Below, piece by piece: positions 56,330-64,000 of a DNA stretch of 64,000 nt. The notes below the pieces were generated by a model. It was not told the origin of the DNA. It made no database searches and saw nothing but the letters and a program-made list of their open reading frames with translations. The translations under genes and the position numbers were made by a program. The first letter of the stretch is position 1. Each line of letters begins with the position of its first letter. Source of the DNA: Giardia intestinalis (taxonomy: Eukaryota); the NCBI GenBank assembly GCA_000002435.2, contig CM018790.1. One strand, given 5' to 3'.

Positions 56330-56845
56330 TCATAAGTCCGCTGATGTCTGGTTGGCTGCTGCGGTGATATATTGCTCCAATTGCGGCTCTTCGTCAAGAT
56401 CCGATAGAGAGGTATAGTCCACTGGATCCACTGGTACTCGCTGAGGCGCCTGGGACGGGTTGCTATGGTCAGATTCTGCTGCAAGCCGCTGTAAGTTCCG
56501 TACGATCCGACGGATAATGGGGGATGTGTACATGTAGTCCCTGGCCAACTCCAGAGTTATTACAACTGCGAAAACCAGTAGCAAGAGGATCCACACCCAG
56601 GAGAAGAGCCAGAAGACCAGGGCCAACGAGGACCGAAGGCCTTCAGAAGCCTTCAGAATATGAATGGCCACAGATAACATGGCAGCAAGGCAGAGGAGTA
56701 GAATAATGCGTGCGCCCATGCGGATTGTGGAGCTTGATACGGAGGAACTAATGATGGCACAGACATCTTTTACAGCACTCGTGATGGCCGGCCGAATCAC
56801 ATCCAGTTGCGGAAGGATAGCCTCGACGCGGACATCGAATGGCAT
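56330..56845 (-). CDS. Hypothetical polytopic membrane protein, 171 aa
   Basis: ATG verified. Two to three hydrophobic helices (IILLLCLAAMLSVAIHIL; LVFWLFSWVWILLLLVFAVVITL). Acidic C-terminus. Confidence 0.45.
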   Translation of the reverse strand: MPFDVRVEAILPQLDVIRPAITSAVKDVCAIISSSVSSSTIRMGARIILLLCLAAMLSVAIHILKASEGLRSSLALVFWLFSWVWILLLLVFAVVITLELARDYMYTSPIIRRIVRNLQRLAAESDHSNPSQAPQRVPVDPVDYTSLSDLDEEPQLEQYITAAANQTSADL

Positions 56846-56964
56846 TTACTTTCAGAGATGCGAAGGCTGCGAACTTCCGGCACCGGTGCGAAGCTTACCA
56901 ATGTCAGACAGGGAAAGGAAGCCAACCAGCTTGCCAAATAAAAATTTCGGACAAAAGACAGCAG

Positions 56965-58020
56965 TCAAATGACCGGCACATACTTGCGCATCTCCGACAG
57001 CTGATTCTGCTGGAGGGCCTCGTACATCCATACGAGGTTGTTCATTTCGAGCTCTTTCAGCTTGAAGTAGCAATAGATAGACGCAAAGTCGTACTGCGAC
57101 TTGAAACCATCACGGAGGCTGTCGACCTGCTCGAACATGAAGGCGTCCAGAAGGGTCAGGGAAGAGTCCGCAGACATGCGGTCCAAAACCTTCTTGTACT
57201 CCTGGAACTCGGAGATAATCGAGCGAACGCTATCCATGTCGGAGCACTGGGAGAGGCGCTCCTGGTGGTAGGGGTAAAGGGCCCCCAGGCGGGGCATAAT
57301 CTCCATTTTTGCCTCAGGAGTGAAGTTTTCGTTGCCGAGCAGGTTAAAGACCAGCATAATTGTCATGCGGTCAGCTTCAAAGTACAGGAGGTCGTTCATG
57401 GTCTGTGCTGTCTGGCCACCGATGGACAGTGAAAAGTTAAGGAGGTGCTCCAGGTAGAGAGACTCGGCCTTAGCCCTCAGAATCTCAATGTCTTGCTGGC
57501 TCATGGACTCAAGTTGGACACTCTCTACATCCAGCCCGGCCTTGATCAGGAAAGGCCCCGCAGGAGATGCTTCAAGAAGGGTTCCGACAATCTCTGAGAG
57601 GTTCTCGATGCTGACCAACAGCTCGAGGTTCTGGAAGACACCGATAGGATGAAACCGAATGCTTGAATCAGCCGCACGGCCCTTGAGCGCCGCTGAAATG
57701 AGAATAAATGAATTGGACAGGACGTACTGGGTACGCAAGAGTAGAAGAAACTGGAGTAAAAGGCCTTCTGCGCTGGGTAGAAGGTCACGAAATGTCTCCG
57801 CCAACTTGTTGAGAAGCCCACACCGAATATCTGAGCTGCTGGCAATGGTCGGAATACTGATGCCTGTTATGGTTGCAAGTGCACTGCAGAACTCCTCGGG
57901 TGTCTGCAGCTGAGCCAAACTCAGATATTCAGCGTTTGCCACGAACCCCTGTGGATTAGAGCGGAGCTCAGCCTCCACAATGGCGTAGTCGGTGTTATAG
58001 AATGCGATGTTCGAGGCCAT
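56965..58020 (-). CDS. V-type ATPase subunit d (Vma6/ATP6V0D), about 351 aa
   Basis: The track start 58065 is GTG; the first ATG is 58020 (MASNIAFYNTDY…, cf. MSFFPELYFNVDNGYLEG). …LLYFEADRMTIMLVFNLLG… vs ILEFEADRRAFIITINSFG; …IMPRLGALYPYH… vs LFPHCGRLYPEG; C-terminal FASIYCYFKLKELEMNNLVWMYEALQQNQ vs [27 protein letters not shown]. Confidence 0.8.
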   Translation of the reverse strand: MASNIAFYNTDYAIVEAELRSNPQGFVANAEYLSLAQLQTPEEFCSALATITGISIPTIASSSDIRCGLLNKLAETFRDLLPSAEGLLLQFLLLLRTQYVLSNSFILISAALKGRAADSSIRFHPIGVFQNLELLVSIENLSEIVGTLLEASPAGPFLIKAGLDVESVQLESMSQQDIEILRAKAESLYLEHLLNFSLSIGGQTAQTMNDLLYFEADRMTIMLVFNLLGNENFTPEAKMEIMPRLGALYPYHQERLSQCSDMDSVRSIISEFQEYKKVLDRMSADSSLTLLDAFMFEQVDSLRDGFKSQYDFASIYCYFKLKELEMNNLVWMYEALQQNQLSEMRKYVPVI

Positions 58021-58223
58021 CTCCAGTTGATTTTGGACGAGCTTCACTTTCAATTGTTTATGCACAACAAAATTTCATGTAATATTGCATCTTACTTCTG
58101 GAATGATAAGTGCAGTATATTGTGCAGACTTTGGTTCGTTACAGACTCTTGCAAGAATCTATACAGCGTCTCATAGTAATCTGAGCACGGTTTATGTAAC
58201 ATATTAGCGAACAATTCACTTTT

Positions 58224-60965
58224 ATGTCTCCGCGGCATGTCCTATCACATAACTTATTTACTTTTGAAAGTTTAAAATTCTTTCCCATGGACTCCAGCAG
58301 ACAGACGGTCAATCAGCAGGAGCTGAATGAGCTTCTTCAGGACTTCGACTTTGTGCTTGGGAAGGGCGCGTACGGCTCTGTGCGAGCGCTAAAAAGCAAC
58401 CCCGACGAGGTGGTCAAGGAGATCAGCACGGTGAATCTTTCTGAGAAGGCGCGGCTTGCGTTGGAGACGGAGCTGGATCTCCTCCCGCGTGTACGGCATC
58501 AGTACATAGTAGATTACAAGCAGGTCATCAAGACAGACACCTTTACATATATTCGCATGCGGCGCTACGCTAAATCGCTCTCAGAGGTGATAGTCCCCAT
58601 GCACCGCAAAAATCAGAAGCCGGAACTCGACATGATCCTCCGGCTGACGGCCCAAATGTGTGAAGCCTTGGCGTACCTGCATAGCCCATTCAAGCCGCAG
58701 GCCATGTCAGAAAACAAGATACCCTCAATTGTCCACAGAGACATTAAGCCAGCCAATATCCTGACGGATGAGAAGGTCGAGAATTTCTATCTGGCTGACT
58801 TCGGCATGTGTCGGACGGTGACCAACACTGTTTGTGCCTCGACGTATGCAGGTTCTCCGGCATACATGGCGCCCGAGGTTATGTTCCATGAGCACTACGA
58901 CGGAAAGGCAGACATCTGGAGCCTCGGAGTGGTGGTGTACGAGATGGCTTACGGCCGGGTCCCTGACTTTCTGCGCGGCATGCCTCCCAAGTCTGTCTAC
59001 GTGAATACGTGGCGGCCTGATCTGACAAAGATAGACTACCCCGAGCTTCACGATGTGATCAAGGCCATGCTTGTTGTGGACCCCCAGAAGCGCTCTTCTG
59101 CAGCCGATATCCTGCGGATTCCCTGTGTGTCAAGCTATGTTAACACTAGGAATGAGACCAGCGAGCCTGGCCGGGAGCTAGAGCAACTGCTCGAGTTCCA
59201 CATCCAGGATGCCGTCAAGGACAGAGAGGCGCACATCAATAGCCTTCAGACCGAGATCTCGCAGCTAAAAACGCAGATTGATGTTCTGAACGAACGGCTA
59301 GCCAAGCAGCAGGATCAACAGCAGACCTTACAGGCAGACTTGGACGCCAAGGCCAAGCTTTTAGAGGATATGTACAGTAACATGCAGAAAACTGGAGATC
59401 CCAGTTCCATGGATGCTGTGTCAGTGCACTTACAAGCATCTGACGCCGCGCTTGCCATGAGGGACAGGTACATCAAGAACCTCATTGAGACCAACAAGAA
59501 GCTTACAATGAAGTTGTCCTACAATGAGACGGCTGTCTACGGGCTCTCATCCATCAGAAGCACGGGAAGCATCCTGTCTAGCAGCACCAAGTTGGAGGGG
59601 AACGTGACCGGCGATACTCACGACAGCTCCGAGAGCCTTATTAGTTTGATTCAGAAATTCGTCACTTCTGTGGATAAAGTACTGATACGGAGGCTGGCGC
59701 AATCCATAATCAACCATCTCGACGAGGCCGGGAATGGCGCTGCTCTCCTTCTCTTGCTTACCGGAAAACTAGAAGGAAGTTATATCTTATCGCCTCAGCG
59801 TGGGGCTCTTATCCGCCTGCTCGCTGATCGCGAAGGTAGTCAGCTCACAAGTTCAGGCTATAGCAACAGCTACATCGAGTGTCTCCAAGGAAAGCCCACC
59901 GTAGAGCAGGTGCTCCAACCAGACGGTTGGAATAGCTGGTTCCGCCACGTGGAGCAAGGGTGCTCCGTAGGCGTGGAGAGTTCCATGTACATGGTGGGCT
60001 CCGTCTTTTCGTCTCCTGTGCTATGTGACGAGATAGCAGATGACGGCTTTACGGCCCTAATGATGGCGGCCGCCCTTGACCATGCTAGCGTTGTTTCCGT
60101 ACTTATGTTCAAGGAGTCTGGGCGTATAACAACTAATAAGCGAAGCGCTCTTATGTTTGCTGCCCACATGGGCAATGTCGGGTCCACCTGCCTGCTCTTG
60201 TCCGTAGAAGCTAAGCTCCGAGACAGTAGGAAGCGGGTGGCCATACACTACGCTGCCGAGGCTGGTCATACAGATGCTGTTCAGGTTCTCATGACCAAGG
60301 AGGGTGGGCTAACTGATGCAGAGGGAATGACGGGCCTCATGCTTGCGGCGAAATCTGGATTTACCAGAATTGTGAGCATTCTCCTCCAGAAGGAAGGGCG
60401 GAAGCTGAACAAGACAGGTGCTACTGCCCTTATGTACTCAAGTAAGTGGGGCCACTTGGAGGCCGTCAAGCTGCTGCTCCCCGTTGAGGGAAGGAAGACC
60501 AATAAGATGGGTCTCTCGGCCTTGATGATCGCAGCGCAATACGGGCAGCTGGAGATAACCGAGGCATTGCTTCCTGTCGAGGACGGGATCGTTTCTAAAA
60601 TGGGAATGACCGCTCTGATGTATGCGGCCCAGGCCGGCCAAAAGGACATCGTAAAGCTCCTGATCCCTAGGCAGGCTAGGATGCGGGATAAGATTCGCGC
60701 TACGGCCCTCATGTACGCTGCGACCAAGGGGCAACATGATGTTGTTGCGCTACTTGCCAACGAGGAGGCCGGAATGGTGGATATAAATGGGCTGTCTGCC
60801 CTGGTGTACGCAGCGTATAAGGGACATTTCAAGTGTGTCGACATCCTAGCTCCTCTGGAGGCGAAGGCGCACGGCGAGAGGGCAATCCAAGAGATGATAA
60901 AATCTCACCGCCAGACGATAATGCCCATCATGAAGAATAAGATAGAGGAGTACATGAACAAGTAG
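58224..60965 (+). CDS. Catalytically intact NEK kinase with coiled coil and C-terminal ankyrin repeats, 913 aa (alternative start ATG 58287)
   Basis: GKGAYGSV…VVKEI; VHRDIKPANIL; LADFGMC; GSPAYMAPE. Coiled coil 59200-59500. At least 10 ankyrin repeats (FTALMMAAALDHASVVSVLM…). Confidence 0.85.
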   Translation: MSPRHVLSHNLFTFESLKFFPMDSSRQTVNQQELNELLQDFDFVLGKGAYGSVRALKSNPDEVVKEISTVNLSEKARLALETELDLLPRVRHQYIVDYKQVIKTDTFTYIRMRRYAKSLSEVIVPMHRKNQKPELDMILRLTAQMCEALAYLHSPFKPQAMSENKIPSIVHRDIKPANILTDEKVENFYLADFGMCRTVTNTVCASTYAGSPAYMAPEVMFHEHYDGKADIWSLGVVVYEMAYGRVPDFLRGMPPKSVYVNTWRPDLTKIDYPELHDVIKAMLVVDPQKRSSAADILRIPCVSSYVNTRNETSEPGRELEQLLEFHIQDAVKDREAHINSLQTEISQLKTQIDVLNERLAKQQDQQQTLQADLDAKAKLLEDMYSNMQKTGDPSSMDAVSVHLQASDAALAMRDRYIKNLIETNKKLTMKLSYNETAVYGLSSIRSTGSILSSSTKLEGNVTGDTHDSSESLISLIQKFVTSVDKVLIRRLAQSIINHLDEAGNGAALLLLLTGKLEGSYILSPQRGALIRLLADREGSQLTSSGYSNSYIECLQGKPTVEQVLQPDGWNSWFRHVEQGCSVGVESSMYMVGSVFSSPVLCDEIADDGFTALMMAAALDHASVVSVLMFKESGRITTNKRSALMFAAHMGNVGSTCLLLSVEAKLRDSRKRVAIHYAAEAGHTDAVQVLMTKEGGLTDAEGMTGLMLAAKSGFTRIVSILLQKEGRKLNKTGATALMYSSKWGHLEAVKLLLPVEGRKTNKMGLSALMIAAQYGQLEITEALLPVEDGIVSKMGMTALMYAAQAGQKDIVKLLIPRQARMRDKIRATALMYAATKGQHDVVALLANEEAGMVDINGLSALVYAAYKGHFKCVDILAPLEAKAHGERAIQEMIKSHRQTIMPIMKNKIEEYMNK

Positions 60966-61014
60966 TCGGCCTTGTAACCATGTTGAGACCAAAAAATGTC
61001 TAATTCAAAAAATA

Positions 61015-61281
61015 ATGGCGACAAGCGATCTCGATAACGACAGACCGGGTCTCTTCCTCACGGACACCATCAGAGAGCGGGAGCAATTGATGGGGAAGCC
61101 TGTCTACAATGGGGAGCTCATCTACAACGTGAACATAGATGAGCTTCCGGACAAACCGTGGCGCAGCAGAGACTGCACTCCGGCGAAGCTTTCTCAGTAT
61201 TTCAACTATGGGTTCGATGAAGCCACCTGGCGCCTCTATTGTAAGCTACGCAAGGAAGAGGAGGAGAAGCGCTCTAAGTGA
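61015..61281 (+). CDS. FIP1: Fip1-motif protein (minimal pre-mRNA 3-prime-end processing factor Fip1 homolog), 88 aa
   Basis: …DELPDKPWRSRDCTPAKLSQYFNYGFDEATWRLYCKLRKEE matches the Fip1 signature (…KPWR.PGADISDYFNYGFNE.TW..YC.KQ). Acidic/basic tail. Confidence 0.65.
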   Translation: MATSDLDNDRPGLFLTDTIREREQLMGKPVYNGELIYNVNIDELPDKPWRSRDCTPAKLSQYFNYGFDEATWRLYCKLRKEEEEKRSK

Positions 61282-61436
61282 CCGGCCTCTCGCCCTTGTG
61301 CACACTCTGGTTAACTGTCATTAGTATTATTGTACTGCTGGACTGGCCCGTCCGGTGAAGTTGTAAATCTGTTCTCTCTTTGTTTTCTGACCAGGTTTTT
61401 TAATTCGCCTCTTTAGCAGGCCTTAGATCTAACTCG

Positions 61437-64000
61437 ATGGCGTCCACTCCGGTAAGCGCGGAACCGGCGCGTCCGTACCTAGAGCCGGTCGCCGTGTATG
61501 GACTTAACCTCGCTGTCCGGACCCCTCTTTTCTTCACCGAGGACCACCAGAAGGTTTGCTTCATTGCGGGCCGGATGATTATTCTGCATAATATTCAGAC
61601 AAACACTTATGACTTCGTTCAATTAGACGGTACTATAAACAATGTTGTCCATCTCGCTTTCTCGGTCACTAGAAGACTCCTGGCATTTGTGGTTAACACG
61701 GATAACATGCCAAAAATACACATATATTCCTTGAGGCACAAGGCACGTGTAGCTATGATAAACGTCCCCGATGGGCAAGGGCTCTCAGGGATAGTCACCA
61801 GCATTTCGTTTTCTCTGGAGGACCGGTTCCTGCTGGTACAGCTGGCGCCGCCAGAATGGCCTATCATTGTCTGGGCAATCCCACCATTTATTAACGAGAA
61901 CGCTTCGATGCATGGAGACATCAAGCCAATCAAAAACGTTTACGTTGTTCCAAAGCCATACGCTCTCTTCAAGTCACAGCGAGAAATTTCAGCTTCTTAT
62001 TTTTCTCCCTTGCAGACTAACGTGATTCACGGGATTGCACCTCAGAACATGCAATTTTTGATACTGCAGGATGGCTTAATCAAGGCCGTGAGCATTTTCA
62101 GTCTCAAGCGGATGGTAGGCACATTTATGGCCCCGGTTGTCATGAGGCACCAAGATAAGGAGTTCAGTTTGCTTCCCATCAAGCAGACAGGAGAGATTCT
62201 GGTGCTTCGAAAGGATCATCTCTGCTGCTTTATTCCCAGCGACATGATATTTGGCCAAATAGTTCTTAGAGATCCTATCTTTGAAACGACCTCGCAGCAA
62301 TACGGCAAGATGACAAGATTCACTATTAGAAATCACCTGGACGTGTTGTCTGCAGATCCCAATGTCAGGGAAGAGATAACGTGTCTTAAGCTCCTACAGG
62401 ATGACATGATCATGGTTGGCTCCTCTTTTGGCCGCATAATCATCTATCAGATATTGAATTTTGAACCCCCGGTCCCATCCGCAATCGGAACTGATTTACC
62501 AGGAGCACAGAGCAGTATCACAGGTTCTTCTGCGGGAGCGCCATCTGACCCTCGCCAAGAACATGCTATAATGATGCCTTGCAAGGCGTCTGGGGGCATG
62601 ACTTTGCGCTTGCCAATCCTTCTTGTTCTACGCTCCATTCTTCTACCATGCAACTTCAACGCAGTTCTCTCTGTAGATATCTGCCCGAAAACAAGACGTG
62701 TGCTTGTATATACAGATGCAGGATACGTATTTGTTTCTAACAGCTTAACTCGTGATTCTATTCTGCACACTCTAGATTGCCAGCAGAGGCTTTTCATGGA
62801 TGAATTCAAGACTGAGCAAGCCAATTTGACAGGCACTAACATCTTAAATGTCACGGTTCCTATGGAATCTCCCAGTCCACTTGGGCTTAACAACAAATCT
62901 TTTGCTTCTGGCAGCGCGCTCAGGCTATCTGCAACATCGCCTCCCAGCTCTTCTACAATGCTCTTCAAGCAAACCATTCAGAATAGCGTTACAACTGAAA
63001 TCTTGGCGTTGGCTTATGAAACGATTAAGAAAATACGCTATCTAATTAGGATTCCTAGATCAATATCTAACGTCTACAATATGATTTCTCTTATCAACCC
63101 GATCAAAGCCTTGACAGGCACGGTTGCAAACGTAAAGCCGCACTCCCAAGCAACTCAGCTAGAGACGGAGTTCTACCAGAGCCCACAGACGTGGCCTTCT
63201 GCAATCATAAGCACATCTATCTTCTGCCCGTTTACCTCGTACTATCAGATACCCTCAACGATAGTTGCGTCGGTCGCGCACCAAGGTGTGACCTTGAACG
63301 GAGTATTGATGGACCCATCCCAGTGCTGCACAGGCTATTCATTTGGCCAGGAGCTACATATGAAGGGTGTCCCTATAACCGCTATTTCTGCTTCGGACGA
63401 GACGGGCTATGTGGCGATTGGAAACGACAATGGAGAAGTCACCGTTTTGAATGCTATCTCTAGCACGTTTGTCGCTGCATGGAGCTGGGCCCTTCCTGCA
63501 ATCTACTTTGAAAATAAGCGCTTTGATACTGTCCCAGAGCCCTCTGTTACTAAGCTTCTCGCGGATAGTCCCGCCACAAATGCACCATGTGCACCCCCGT
63601 CGCAGTTCAACCGCTCCACGCTTCAGTTGACCAATGCGTCTGCCCCTTCAGAGAACGCATTTGATGGATTGGCCGTGACCAACACAACTAACGAGGTGAC
63701 CAAGACAGACCTATTCTCAGCCTCAGCGCAGAATCAGGCTAACACTCCTGATGCAAACAGCCAGGAGACAATGGCGACTACTGACTTTGTTATGAAGACG
63801 GTCGAGAGCCTCAGAGGAATGCCTGCGTTTACCATCACTTCGCTGAAGCTTCACCCCTCTGGAAGGCACCTGTTGGTGTCTGCCCGCAGCAAGCGGGACT
63901 TGGGGTTTTCTCTGGCGCAGGAGAAACCATCCAGAACAGCAAAGGCCAACAAAGGATATTGTGTCTGTATCCTCCACATTGTAGACTCTTATATGGAATG
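61437..64000 (+). CDS. Large hypothetical protein, N-terminal 854 aa (partial; the ORF runs off the right edge), WD-repeat/beta-propeller-like segments
   Basis: Manual translation from ATG 61437 (in-frame TAA at 61401) found no stop to position 64000 (MASTPVSAEPARPYLEPVAVYGLNLAV… …GYVAIGNDNGEVTVLNAIS…). Not in the ORF track because there is no terminator in the window. Confidence 0.5.
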   Translation, partial: MASTPVSAEPARPYLEPVAVYGLNLAVRTPLFFTEDHQKVCFIAGRMIILHNIQTNTYDFVQLDGTINNVVHLAFSVTRRLLAFVVNTDNMPKIHIYSLRHKARVAMINVPDGQGLSGIVTSISFSLEDRFLLVQLAPPEWPIIVWAIPPFINENASMHGDIKPIKNVYVVPKPYALFKSQREISASYFSPLQTNVIHGIAPQNMQFLILQDGLIKAVSIFSLKRMVGTFMAPVVMRHQDKEFSLLPIKQTGEILVLRKDHLCCFIPSDMIFGQIVLRDPIFETTSQQYGKMTRFTIRNHLDVLSADPNVREEITCLKLLQDDMIMVGSSFGRIIIYQILNFEPPVPSAIGTDLPGAQSSITGSSAGAPSDPRQEHAIMMPCKASGGMTLRLPILLVLRSILLPCNFNAVLSVDICPKTRRVLVYTDAGYVFVSNSLTRDSILHTLDCQQRLFMDEFKTEQANLTGTNILNVTVPMESPSPLGLNNKSFASGSALRLSATSPPSSSTMLFKQTIQNSVTTEILALAYETIKKIRYLIRIPRSISNVYNMISLINPIKALTGTVANVKPHSQATQLETEFYQSPQTWPSAIISTSIFCPFTSYYQIPSTIVASVAHQGVTLNGVLMDPSQCCTGYSFGQELHMKGVPITAISASDETGYVAIGNDNGEVTVLNAISSTFVAAWSWALPAIYFENKRFDTVPEPSVTKLLADSPATNAPCAPPSQFNRSTLQLTNASAPSENAFDGLAVTNTTNEVTKTDLFSASAQNQANTPDANSQETMATTDFVMKTVESLRGMPAFTITSLKLHPSGRHLLVSARSKRDLGFSLAQEKPSRTAKANKGYCVCILHIVDSYME

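Noticed and set aside
61619-62977. Three minus-strand ORFs (104, 86, 176 aa)
   Set aside because: They lie antisense within a long uninterrupted plus-strand frame (61437 to the end of the window) with better coding character.

Overview
The window reads as a Giardia intestinalis (lamblia) nuclear chromosome segment, about 49% GC overall. The basis is a variant-specific surface protein (VSP) ending ...CRGKA with many CXXC motifs, several NEK-kinase/ankyrin-repeat (Protein 21.1-like) genes, AGTRAAY poly(A) signals at stop codons, and a cis-intron with the Giardia-specific splice motifs (GTATGTT ... CAACTGACACACAG). The ORF track accepts GTG/TTG starts, so several starts were moved to the first in-frame ATG. 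Genes are tightly packed on both strands, mostly housekeeping: GAR1, UDP-GlcNAc pyrophosphorylase, serine palmitoyltransferase LCB1, V-ATPase subunit d, RNase P Rpp29, NAC-beta, CEBPZ/Mak21-like, a RWD/DFRP protein, a Fip1-motif protein, a Mad1-like coiled-coil protein, an SCY1-like pseudokinase, two CHY/RING Pirh2-like paralogs, a DUF866/CZIB zinc protein, a tRNA-Ala(UGC), and NEK/ankyrin genes. The standout region is 2.7-12.4 kb. A near-perfect 1257-bp GC-rich inverted repeat (2735-3991 and 11165-12421) brackets a 7.2-kb cassette. The cassette holds a frameshift-decayed NEK-ankyrin pseudogene and a VSP gene with 12.3 perfectly identical 249-bp (83-aa) tandem repeats. Immediately left of the cassette is a gene with a 220-nt spliceosomal intron, which are rare in Giardia. 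Other points: a 14-bp perfect palindrome holding the ATGs of two divergent genes 4 bp apart, a 766-bp gene-free gap, 3-prime-overlapping convergent genes, and low-complexity tails (GY-rich, SPKK-like). No prokaryotic-type system (CRISPR, operons, defence islands) is present. All homology calls are from reading the translations and should be confirmed by BLAST/HMM.
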